From positions 1,364,001-1,428,000 of the forward strand of contig JAUFOQ010000006.1 in the NCBI GenBank assembly GCA_040285855.1: DNA of 64,000 nt, read 5' to 3'. Made by a program: the position numbers and the translations under genes. The notes under the pieces are model-generated. The model searched no databases. It was not told the DNA's origin and worked only from the letters and a program-made list of their open reading frames with translations. Positions 37,201-48,300 of this stretch are shown piece after piece (position 1 is the first letter of the stretch; the number at the start of each line of letters is the position of its first letter). This stretch comes from Eukaryota sp. GEM-RC1 (taxonomy: Eukaryota).

Positions 37201-39809
37201 TCAATCATTGGTTTTTTAGAAGGTTTCAAACTCTTTGTCGCATTTGATACTCCACTTGCTTTTGGTTTGGTGGTTTTCCTTTTGGCAACTGTTGTTTTTC
37301 TATTTCCTGTTGCTTCTGTTGTTTCAGTGGTGTCAGATGATTCAATTGCTTCTGTTGCTTCTGTTGTTTCAGTGGTTTCAGATGACTCAATTGTTTCTGT
37401 TGCTTCTGTTGTTTCAGTGGTTTCAGATGACTCAATTGTTTCTGCTGTTTCTGTTGTATCAGGTTTCTCACAAGCAGCAACATATATTTTTGGAGTTGGT
37501 AAATGTATTTCTGGAAGATCTGTCAACTCTGGACGACTAAAGCTATGATAACTTTCTTGAAACAATTCTTCAGCTTCTTCCAGCGCTTGTTCAATCATTT
37601 TTAACTTCAAAAGACGTTTCTTTTCCGGTTAGATAAATTTCCAGGTAAGCTTTTCAGAAAGTTTTGATAAGTGAGCTTTGACACCGTTTCCTTGTAACTA
37701 CTATCATCTACCATTGTTTCAGGAGTTAAACTTTCAGATTGACACTGTACAGGTTGATTAACAGGTGATACAATCTCATCAGAATAAAACTCATTTAAAA
37801 TACCTTGAGCATGAGTACATACATATTGTCGGTATTCATCAGGGTGATCTTCATCAGGGTGAGTAGTAACGATTTGAGACAGTATTTGTTTTCTCATTTC
37901 TAATGCATTATAAACAACACAGTTAGAGACTTTAGACAGAATTTCGAAAAGATTTGTTGATGTTGATTCACTCTCGACAATTTTATTCATATACATTAGA
38001 ATAAATAGACCACAGTCATTGAGAGTTTGGACTTGTTGAACTGGTACTCTAGCTATATAGCTGAAATTTGCCATATCAAACAGGAATTGCTGTAATTGTG
38101 AAATGACTTTGTCAATACGTGATAAAGTGTTAAAAAACTGAGAATGTTGATCTTCTGTACACATTGAGTCAATAGAGAAGTACTGTTTGTTTTCAATATC
38201 ACAGATTAACAGTGACCAGTGAGTGGCTGTTGTACCAAAGAGACCATCATGTATTGGAATAAACAAGAAACGTTTCTTACACTTTTTAGTGTGTCTTTTA
38301 CGGGACTTTTCCATTGATAATTGAACCTCTCTAAATTGTTCAAACATTATGTTATATTGTGAAAGATTAATAGCATCTTGAATGTTGGCTACTTCAAAGA
38401 ATTCACATAGATTACTCTTTTGAGCAATGTACTGACCGACATAGTCAATGACAGAATCATGAAGCAGTACATTTGGTTTCCAGTGAGTCAATTTGATCAG
38501 ATCTTAGTAAAAGTGGTCTAGGACGAGATTGTGTTAGAATTCCACGATGTTGATGTTGAATAAGTTGATATTTTTGCGAAAATTTCTTCTTTTTTGGAGG
38601 ATATTTTCTAGATTGACGAGTTTTTCTTGTACGATTTGAGTCCATAAGTTGATTGGGTATAGTCAATGGCACTTGTCGAGTTTCATCAGGAGATAAAATT
38701 ACTGTTGGATGTTCGGCTATTTCAGAAGTACCAGCAGATCTATTCATTTGTTGTTGCAAAGGTGTAGAATGAACTATAGTACTGTGTTCTTGAACATGTG
38801 CTTGAATGTTGTTTGAAAAGTACTCATGTACAATACTTACAGCAAGTATAGCAAAAGGAATAGGATGCGTGGTTGCTATCAGATTTAGAACTTGTTTTCT
38901 CATGTCAAAAGCATCATAATCGACATAACCTTGGACTTGAGACATAATTTCCTGAAAATTGTCAGATGATGATGCCAAATGAACAAATCTTTGCATATAC
39001 ATTAAGATATATGGTCCACAGTCGTTGGGAGTTTGATGTTTAATAACTGGGAGCTTTCCTAAATTTGAAAAATTACCAAAATCACGCAAATATACCTGTA
39101 ATGTACTTACAACTTGATCATTTTGAGTTGAAACGTCAAATGAAAGTTGAGTTGAACTGTCAGTGTACATTGAATCAAGTGAAAAAAATGATGTACTGTC
39201 AATGTCACAAACAAGTAGAGTCCAATGAGTTGCTGTACCACGAAAAACACCATCGTTTATTGGAATAAATAAAAACCTTTTCCCAGTCTCTCGCATTGAA
39301 TTCTGAACATTTAGAAATTTAAGAGCTAATGTGTCAAAATTGCCATAACTCACTGCAGCATGAAGATTCCCGATACGGAAAAACTGGCATAACTCACTAT
39401 TCTCGGTGATGTACTCACCATAAAAGTCAACAACAGAATCATCGAGCCATACGGAGGGCTTCAATGTGGTGATTCCTTCCTCAGTGACAAAAGGACCAGG
39501 GTTTGACTCTATGTCTCCATCCGTGGTTAAATCACGGAGAAATTGTGATGACTGGAGACTTGATTGTAGAAAAACCATACAAGTGCTGACTTTATGATTG
39601 TAAAAACAAAACAACGACTGAGACGAACTCAAGACTTTCCCTAACAACAACAAAAGAAGAAACAACATAGAATAATTCGAGAATCCATGAGAGAAAAAGG
39701 AACGCCTCGAGAAAATATGTTCTATTGGCACATCCTTAAACACGTGATCGTGTTTGGTTGATGAAAAGAAGAAGGAGAGAGATCTCAGGACACAAGTATC
39801 CATAAACAT
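34290..39809 (-). CDS. Reconstructed polyprotein: leader-2A-Ulp1/SENP8 protease x2-repeat linker-PolB-type 3'-5' exonuclease-Fanzor1
   Basis: Six track ORFs join by single-base fixes: one extra G at ~38480 and one missing A in A-runs at ~37622, ~37031, ~36817 and ~34765. Protease motifs HWTLLVCD/LDS/QTPNDCG and HWSLLICD/IDS/QTLNDCG; Exo I SFDIET, Exo II ILTGFNITDFD, Exo III NYCFKD; Fanzor IKTDGFSA, VFIDPGKTDLLY, MFGDN, LVDESYTSSKCPTC, CKSQEC, WNRN..ACINI. Confidence 0.82.
37309..37458 (-). repeat. 45-bp coding tandem repeat (~3.3 units; ETTETTEATE[T/A]IESS)
   Basis: Unit TTGCTTCTGTTGTTTCAGTGGTTTCAGATGACTCAATTGTTTCTG repeats on the + strand. Confidence 0.9.
39492..39539 (-). other. 2A-like (StopGo) ribosome-skipping peptide LRDLTTDGDIESNPG|P
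   Basis: Exact match to the GD(V/I)ExNPGP consensus, with the typical upstream LRDLT context. Confidence 0.9.
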
Positions 39810-39891
39810 CTCTCCAAGCAATTAGACTCAAATATAAATTCTCACTATTTATAGATGTTGTCTACAGTGACATCTTGTCATACTGAAACTG

Positions 39892-39962
39892 ACAACATAT
39901 GTAAAAACAACATTTAGTAGTACAACATTTGTTACAACAACATTTGGTGATACAACATTTGT
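39892..39962. repeat. Five ACAACAT(T) motifs at exact 15-bp spacing upstream of the polyprotein
   Basis: ACAACAT starts at 39892, 39907, 39922, 39937, 39952; inverted ATGTTG at ~39855 and ~39996. Confidence 0.8.
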
Positions 39963-40288
39963 TGAAAACTATAAGATATACATAATTTATGAAAGATGTT
40001 GAAAATGAGCACAATGACATACTAGTATCTTTATAACAAGGAATACACTACAAGACCCCAATATCTGAAACTAAATCAAATTCTTCCAATGCTATTTGCA
40101 TTTCGACAATTACCCGACTACTGTGTTAATTTATTGTTCATTGTACCTAACTTCCTGAAACGGGGTGAAGCAAAAACATGACGATCAAACGGAACTTGAA
40201 GAAATAGACCAAAATGATTTGGAAAAGTTACTGCTGTTGGTTTCAAGTCCATGAATACACTTTACATGCTCTGATTCATTAGTATAAG

Positions 40289-40916
40289 CAGGGGTGGGAA
40301 AACAATATTGCTCCAATATTTATTTCCGCTCTTTGAGGTGGAGCAATATTTATTGTTACACCGGTTAATTATTGCAACATTGCAATATACTTTGAGTTGT
40401 TCATTTCGTTGTTTTGCATCACCATTTGGACTTCCAGAACCATTTTTGTTGTCTTATGTGTTTAAATATAATTAGAGTTGCTTTATCGGTAATGATTGCT
40501 AGTGTTCATAATGTATATTATTTGAGCTCAGTTCGAGTCTTTACTGACGTACAATGTAAATTCTTTCCTCTGAAGTGATTTTATCTTGAGCCCTCCAGTC
40601 TTGAAATGCAATTAATAATGAAATAAAACAGTCATTTTTTAGAATGAAGCAAATGTAAGACAATCATGAGCAGTAATCAATTCGATGATCTAGACAATTG
40701 TGTTGAGATTGTTTCGGATATATCTGATGATGATGAACAATATCATATGTGGATGTTTTTGTAATAAATACATAATATGATTCATATTGTTGCAATATTG
40801 CAATATTGGTCGAATAATTGCAATATTTATTGGCACTATTTCAGAATTGCAATATTTATTTTGTGGCATATATATATAAATATATATATTTTTTGCAATA
40901 TTGTTTCCCACCCCTG
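40289..40916. mobile_element. hAT-like MITE (628 bp)
   Basis: TIRs CAGGGGTGGGAAAACAATATTGC / GCAATATTGTTTCCCACCCCTG; perfect TSD AGTATAAG 40281-40288 / 40917-40924. Confidence 0.93.
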
Positions 40917-41156
40917 AGTATAAGTGGTCTTTGGTAATCTTTGCGAATTAAATGATCTGTATGTACAATGAAAATTAAAATGAATTTCCAAGACAACTTT
41001 CTGGGATTCGATCACACCATATTGGGTATTTGTCTTAACAACCGATGTCACTTTTGATGAATACTACTTGTATCTGATAACGTCTTCAGTATTTCTTGAT
41101 AAGTATTATTCCTCAATTTGTTTCTATGGAACAGAACATCAAGAAAAGTTCAAAAA

Positions 41157-41830
41157 CTAGAACTCAATATCATTAAAGCAACATTCATTGCCATTAAAAC
41201 TCACATCAGCTATTTTTTCATAAAAAAACACTGAGAGCTAATAGAGCTTTTGAAATCATAATAGGAATTGTTGAAAATATTGTAAAGACAACCAAAACTT
41301 AAAATCAAATTTCTTGTTCATTCTTTTTTGGACAACTTTCTCAAAATCAGTGACAAAACAAACAGCATCTTTACCATGTCGACCATAAATTGAAATCGCA
41401 AAGGGACATAATTTGTACTCAACGTGTCTAGCATGTTTGAGAGTAGTCAAGGGAACATCTTATTTGTTTCTCTTGTATTGTTCTGAGAAAGCAAGGGGAT
41501 GCACTTCATTTTTAGCATCCTTTAATGCACTTTTTGACCAACATCCACAGTAATCACATCAACAACCGTCAGTTCATCATTGACTGATTGAACAAGTATA
41601 GCTGTTCTTCCCTTACTTAAAATCCTATCACAATCACCATTTTTTAAATTATTGATTTGAAGTGATCTCAACAGTGTCTCAACGAAAGATTCGATTTTGT
41701 AGGACTTACACATTGCATGAATTCGTTCTCTTACAGCATCATGAATGCAAGTTCTATATGTATTGAAACGATTACAACTCAAAAGATGAGAAAAAGTAAC
41801 TAATTTACCATATTGGTGGTTTGAAAATCT
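41157..41830 (-). mobile_element. Degenerate 3' part of RLE non-LTR family C
   Basis: HLLSC..IHDAVR..ESFVE..VDVITVD..PFAISIYG; similar to 62676-63385. Confidence 0.8.
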
Positions 41831-42387
41831 TCCTTTTTGAATTAAGAGTACGGTATCCACAACCGTGGTCCTCTGGAGACATCATTCGCTCATCTCCTAG
41901 TAAATGGGTGAATCTGTGTCTATATTAGTTGAATCTTTGAATGCTGATGTATGAACGACTCTGTTTCCTACAAGTGTAACGGCGACTCCTCGTCGTTCTT
42001 TATCTTCCCTACCCTTTTGTATTGTAGAATATATTATTGTAAGACTGGAGTTATTGTAATATATTGTAAAATATACATTGTATTACAATATTTGGCTCAT
42101 GCAATTCACAGAACAAGTTGGTTCTTGTGCTCTTAGACCATGTTAGTCAGGAGAGTATGGTAAACGTATACGAATCTAAATTCTTAAATCTTAAAACACC
42201 ATTGCAAAAAAAAATCGCTGATTGTTTTATATTAGAAGCTTCCCGTCCCTTGGTAAGTAAAGTAAAGTTGCGTATCCTTGGTAAAAGAGCTCTTTCTAAT
42301 TTACAATTACAACAACAAACATTGATGATGTATAGTGTACTTGTTGTACAATGAGACTCTAATTCTGCTACATGTAGTGACTCTTAT

Positions 42388-43534
42388 ATGCCTCACAATT
42401 ATCCTCCTCTGAAGATGACTCGTTCTTCTGATGATACGGTCAGTGACTTCTCCTCAGATTATCTTTCTTTACCCGAATCAATCTTAAGTTTGATCAATCT
42501 TCATTTGCTCGATCTTCTTTTGAAGTGTTCTCTTGACCGATATCAATCTGATCCCCGTATTCCTCTTAGCCGTTTGAAGCAGGAACTGCCATTCCTCTTT
42601 GAGAAAGTTGGTTATGTGAGTCAACGTTTTTTTTAAATGTGTGCTTGCAACAATGAAAGCCTTCTTTGAATCCAACTGTTTCCCTATTGTTTCTCAAGAC
42701 TTACCCCTCCAATCTTCATTAGCTTGTTTCTTTGGATCAGAAGTTCAATCTGTGTACTTGTGGGATTATGTAGCTCCTAAACTCGAGGACCTTGTTCCCT
42801 ACTGTAATATCATTACAGGATTTTCAGTGGGGATCGACAAGGATAATGACTTGGACTTTTTGAACAGTTTTTCTCCATTCTATTTTTCAAGACTGAAAGA
42901 ACTGGATCTATTTTTTCACAAATCAACGATTTGTACTAAATTGTCTGAATTGTTGAAAGTAAATTCTGCTGTAACCAAGTTATCTCTCTTATATAGGCCT
43001 ATTGATAACGAAGAAGTCATAACATTAGCTGGTGCTTTGAAGGTGAATTCAACAATTACTGATCTTTGTCTCGATGTTATCCTTTGTCCTTCAGAAAGCA
43101 AAATCATTACTATAGAAGGTGCCAAGGCTTTGGCAGAAGTGTTAAAAGTAAATTCTTCAATTACTTCACTTCGTTTACAAAACCGTTCTATTGGTGGTGA
43201 AGGAGCTGTTGTTTTAGCCAATGCTCTCAAAGAAAATGCTTCTATTTCTTATATTAATCTCAGTGAAAACTCTATCGGACCAAAAGGTGGCATGGCATTG
43301 TTCGAAATGCTCAGAGTAAATTCTACAATTGTTCTGATGGAACTGGCCAGTAACTCTATTGATACTGAGACAGCGATATCATTGGTAGAAATCTTGAAGG
43401 TCAATTCTAACATTCAAGCTGTTAATCTCCGTTTAAATCGTCTATCCCCGAAACTCGAAGAGACTATTCTCGAGATTTCAAATGGGCGTGTATTAGGGTT
43501 GCCAAAAGACTGGACCAAGCCCATTCTATTGTAA
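42388..43534 (+). CDS. RI-like LRR protein, inverted paralog of 10547..11755 (frameshift at T-run 42627-42634)
   Basis: Protein near-identical to the 10547 copy, with two in-frame N-terminal deletions. Confidence 0.82.
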
Positions 43535-43779
43535 ACATGAATTAACAGCACATCTAAGTTACGAAGTTTACGCCAGAAGCAGGGACTGTAAAAATCTAAA
43601 TAAACGAAATGATAAATCTAAAAGACACAAATGTATAAATGATTTATTAAAATACTAAATACGATATAAATGAATGATATTGAGAGTTCTTTCAAATACA
43701 ATATCAGCTTTGGACCAGAGCTGGACCAATAAGAGCACACCCATAACTGAATCTAATAAAATACACAAAAGGAGGATGA

Positions 43780-44530
43780 CTGTACACTTTTCAGCATATG
43801 CTCAAAATGCTGAAACTTTAAAATATGATGAAGAAATAACCACTCTAAATTCAAAAAGGCACAACAAAATTGTATTCCAACCCTTTGCTGTTTCTATGTA
43901 TGGGAATTTTGATTCTCATACCAAGGGTTTCTTGTAAGGTTGTTAAAAGATATCAGGTCAAAGTCTTCATCCTATCTTGACCTGACCTTTGACCCGACGG
44001 ATGACCTGTTGTGTTTTATAGCTGAACTAGTTGATGTTAAGTTGTCTGTTATGTTTGAACTCAAAAATAGTAAAATAACTTACTAAATCTTCCAATTCAA
44101 AACCAAATTCTAACCTTATATTAAAACAGACAAGAGCTTGAGCATCGTAAACCTGTAAACCGTTTCAATCTCACCTCTAGAAGATACACATCCCAGTATA
44201 TTTAGCTAGTGTAGAACATTTTGATACATAATTATAGATCGGTGCTGTCAATCCATCATGATTTTCCACTAGAGCAGACATTGAGCAGCGAAGACCGAAT
44301 TTGCGATCTTGACCTAACCCGAGACCTGATATGAGTATCTCAACCTGACCCTAGTTCCGATAATCTTATCTTAAATTTATAACAGCCTTAGTTTATTCAA
44401 AAACTTTTTTTGAATATTTTTGAAAAAATTGTGTCTAGATTTTAGGAAGAAATTTAACAGATCGTTTTGGCGGAATAGACTTGCGTTCTCGTTATTCAGG
44501 TTGATGTACCGCTATTTTGACGGGATTTTG
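43780..44530 (+). mobile_element. Degenerate RLE 3' remnant split by a MITE
   Basis: AETLKYDEEI..IVFQPFAVSMYG before the MITE; WRNRLAFSLF-like sequence after it. Confidence 0.6.
43935..44390. mobile_element. hAT-like MITE related to 32284..32627
   Basis: TIRs TAAGGTTGTTA / TAACAGCCTTA; decayed TSD GTTTCTTG / GTTTATTC; TGACCT repeats. Confidence 0.7.
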
Positions 44531-44962
44531 GTCCAGTTATATAACTACTCAGTAGATTTGGGGAGCCCTTCTAGTACTTTAATTTAGTGTGTGTTTTTGT
44601 TATTGCTTCAGATCTGGTTTTGACCAGAAGGTCCTCTTTTATTTACCTCATTTACATTCAAGATCATTAGGTAAATTAGAGGGCCTTTCATAAAATCATT
44701 TTAAATCACTTTTAGAGTGAAATATTGATTGGAAGGGCAAAAACCAAGACCAATACATTGCAATACAATATAACAGAGCATATTTCTAATGCACCCTCTC
44801 TATTTGCACACAAATTGTGAGCAATTATAGAGGGTTCACTGTAGATACTGCTCTTGGTTTCAAGTCTATGAATGCGCTGTACATGCTCTGATTTATTAAT
44901 ACATGTGGTCTGTGGTAATCTTTGCGAATAAAATGATTTACAATAGTTAAAAAGTGCAATTT

Positions 44963-46000
44963 CTAAAGTCGAATAGCTCGAAACGCCTTTTGTATATTCC
45001 TCCTAGAAGCCACAGTTTCTTTCATATTCCATTCTGCACACAGTTCCCTGTCCTTGTCCGAGAATGGGTAGTCTTCGAGACCAGATTGATGTTCAAGTAG
45101 AAAGCGTGGTAGAAAAATGGTAACGTCACTGAGATGGCCAGCAGTTAACACCGGGTTTCGCTCTATACCAGCAAATTCAGTTATGGTCCTCACATCAATT
45201 CTGTGATAGTCCAAAATGTATAAAATTAAGGTAAACACTTGATTACAAATCAAATCAGCTTCATAAGAGTTTAACGAATGAGGCATATGCTTGGTGATGA
45301 TGTAGCCGTACCAAAGATAGTTGAACCATTTAGGTCTGTTTTCTCCTAACTCTACTTTTAGTTTAAGACAGAATTCCTGTACGAACCCTTTAATTCTCAT
45401 TTGGAATGATCCAGGATTCCTGCTTTCGTAGATAGATTTTCGGTAGAGAATCCAGCCGTGTGTACTTTCAGCTACAAATCTATTGCCATGCCTACGAACA
45501 ATTAGCATTGGTTCCTTAATCAACTGATGACGAGAATTCCAATGTTTGGGAATAAGAAAACACTTTAGATTCTGCCTACTCGCAGTAGCCCACGCATTAC
45601 GCATTCTTTTGGCTTGTTCTATTTCGAATGGAGGAGAAATCTTGGTGTAGTAACAACTGTGTGTATCATCAAACAGGAACTTTCCTTGACGTTGCAATTC
45701 CGGATCACTTCTTGCTAACATTCCTTGAACAGAACTGAGGTCTCGTGGGCGAGGTTCCTGATAGATGTTGGGCATTATGATCGGATTCGCTGTGTGATCA
45801 GTGATGAAATGACTTCTCTCAGATGAGGGACTTGAGAGTGGTGCAGGGATCTTGGGAGGCCTGTTGGAGTTTGGACGTCGAGTACTTTTAGAAGCATTCA
45901 CCACGGGAGCAGCATCTTGGGTTTGTGGAGGAGGAACGGTGTTGCGGCGACGATTGCTGCGATTGCGATGAGTGCCTCTGTTGGGAGAGGTAGGGGTCAT
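44963..46000 (-). CDS. Hypothetical protein with basic, Pro/Arg-rich disordered N-terminus
   Basis: Uninterrupted 345-aa ATG ORF in AT-rich DNA; no motif recognised. Confidence 0.65.
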   Translation of the reverse strand: MTPTSPNRGTHRNRSNRRRNTVPPPQTQDAAPVVNASKSTRRPNSNRPPKIPAPLSSPSSERSHFITDHTANPIIMPNIYQEPRPRDLSSVQGMLARSDPELQRQGKFLFDDTHSCYYTKISPPFEIEQAKRMRNAWATASRQNLKCFLIPKHWNSRHQLIKEPMLIVRRHGNRFVAESTHGWILYRKSIYESRNPGSFQMRIKGFVQEFCLKLKVELGENRPKWFNYLWYGYIITKHMPHSLNSYEADLICNQVFTLILYILDYHRIDVRTITEFAGIERNPVLTAGHLSDVTIFLPRFLLEHQSGLEDYPFSDKDRELCAEWNMKETVASRRNIQKAFRAIRL

Positions 46001-46574
46001 GTAGAGGTGAAAATTTTTGGTTAAAAAATTGAATTTTAAATATTTAATCAGAAGTATTTTCAGAACCCTTTTTGAAAAGTTGACTCAGAGTGGAAACATA
46101 CACGACATCGACACTAAAATATGTCGAAGCCGCTTTCTTTGCAATTGCACGTTGAGACGTATTAAGATATTTGTTCTTTAACAGCTTTCTCAAGTGAGAG
46201 TTAAGACATTCCATTAATTTTCTTAAAAGCCCTGCTAGTAATGACAATGGTTTAACTACTATGGTCATTATAGAACAGATGTTAGTGTACAATCTGAACG
46301 ATGGTTCATCGATTAATAGAATCAAAAGTGGTTGCGACCAATTCCAACACTCATCTACTATTGAATAATGGATCTAAAGATAAAGAGAACACAGATTCAC
46401 TAATTGCAGTCACAACTGAGTTGTTCCAACGTAAAATCCTTAGATAACTTCAAATAATGCATCACCGATACCGAAAAAAAGTTTCCCACAGACAATACAA
46501 ACAGTTTGGAACAATAAAGTACATTTGTAGTACCTTAGGTACATGTCTCGATTTTAGAAACACCAGTGTGAGCT

Positions 46575-47482
46575 TTATACAGGTGTGAAAGTACTGCGTG
46601 ACGGTGGTGTTTGTCGAAGTCGGTTGAACCGGGTAGCAGATCCAGTTTTCGGTGTTGATAGCGGCGACGAAACAGGAACAGATTCCATTGGTTTTCGAGA
46701 TAGCAACGATCGAGGTGTTGATAACCGAGATAAACTCAAACCAGATGTCCTTTTGTGAGGAAGAGCAATTCTTCCTCCAACAATAGGAGTTGTAAGCATT
46801 GAATCAGATTTCCTTGATTCAGGACGGAGTGAAAGTCTTGACGAAAACGGTTTTAGAAGTCCAGGTGTTGTTGGTTTTGAAAACGAATAACTTTTCTGCT
46901 TCTCCTTGTTGTTTGATTCCATTTCCCTTTTCAATTTTTCATTGTCTCGTTTCAATTTTTCAACTTGTCTGAAATGAGTAAAATATAGGGTAATATACTC
47001 CTCCAGTTCTCTGGTTCGGCTGGAGTACTTTTGTGAGTCTAATTCACTCTTTGTTGCTCGTACCAGTGATTCAAGATGGTCTATATGCAAACTGAAATTA
47101 GTAAGAAATGGTGTCAAACCGTTCGTGCATTCGGCTGTGGTTAGTTTAACAGTGGGAAATCAATCATACGTAAACTTGTACACATCCAAGGTTCTTTCTA
47201 ACATAGTAGGAATGTTGGTGTAATAATCACGAACAGCTAGTGGAAGATATTTTCCCTACGTTTAACAGAAATCGGTACACACATTTGATGCAAGTGACAC
47301 AGTACAGCATTGAGAATTACAAATCGTACAATGAGTATCCTGCCCTGGAAGGAACCGAGAGACAGTTCTTGCAGATAAAGTGTCTGTGTTCAGACTAAGA
47401 GGATCTCATACCCACAGGATGTCAACACAGATTGATCACAAGTAGGTGTATAGCATGTATTACATCGAAAGCGGGATGCCAT
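46575..47482 (-). CDS. RNF212/Zip3-like RING finger E3 ligase, 4 introns and one frameshift
   Basis: Spliced N-terminus MASRFRCNTC..VLTSCGHFICKNC..CTICNSQCCTVSL, then coiled coil and S/T/P-rich tail; introns 47384-47411, 47256-47282, 47135-47169, 47092-47119. Confidence 0.75.
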
Positions 47483-48029
47483 GGATGTACTGATGGACTA
47501 AAGACGGGGTTAAAGCGCAGTTGAAAGGAATGAAGTTTTGCCGGGAAAATTTTCTTCTCCTCAACGCTTCTCGTAGGTCATTCTAATGTCACGATTATCT
47601 GCTTATCACTTCAATGTCTTTCAATGATCTCTGTTCTCTGTTACCCTAGTTTGTTTGTTTGAGATTTCGTCCACACTGAAGTGTTTCTTCTACAAGTGTT
47701 CTTCATCGACTTCTCCCTGAAGTTCTTTCTGGTAATTATGTTCTTTGATTAGAATCGGTAGTGGATTTTAGTGTCACAAACACTTCAGGCGTTATAGAGA
47801 GAGGTCTCACAGTTTAGGGAAACGCTTTCTGTTCAACTGCAGAAGCTGGCTTGTATCTCACAGATTCAGGACATTTCCACAAATCTGACTTAATAAGAAC
47901 GTTAATCCATTTGATTCCCTGAGTTAATTATGTGTTGTGAACAGATTCATTTTGAAAAGGTCTTTTCCATTATCTGCAATATCTGCTCGTGTATACTCTC
48001 ATTTAAATGAGTAAAAATGTATGTTTAGA

Positions 48030-48300
48030 TTCGATTCCTTCCATATAGTTTGATCAAACTAGTTTGAATCATGTTAGAATTAAAACATGACATTTTGCTG
48101 CAATTTTGATAGTGATGGGTGTTGTTTTATTTATGTCATATGTAATCATTTTGATTAAATCTAATACTTCAATTACCTTACAAGTATTAACTTGGATTAC
48201 ATGTATCACTGTATTGGAGATGAAGCTGTTAGAGCTTTGGCAGACGCGTTAAAAGTTAATAGGACAGTCCAAATAGTTGGAGTCGATCAACTTAAGTGAT
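48030..48300 (+). pseudogene. LRR gene remnant
   Basis: ..TSINLDY..IGDEAVRALADALKVNRTVQ. Confidence 0.55.

Noticed and set aside
37226..37548. Gln-rich and Leu/Val-rich alternative ORFs
   Set aside because: Shadow frames of the 45-bp tandem repeat.
39892..39962. CRISPR-like array next to a Cas12-related nuclease
   Set aside because: Units are only 15 bp with no unique spacers; eukaryotic context.
46044..46450. 93-aa ORF or integrase-like remnant
   Set aside because: Non-ATG start and no supportable motif.
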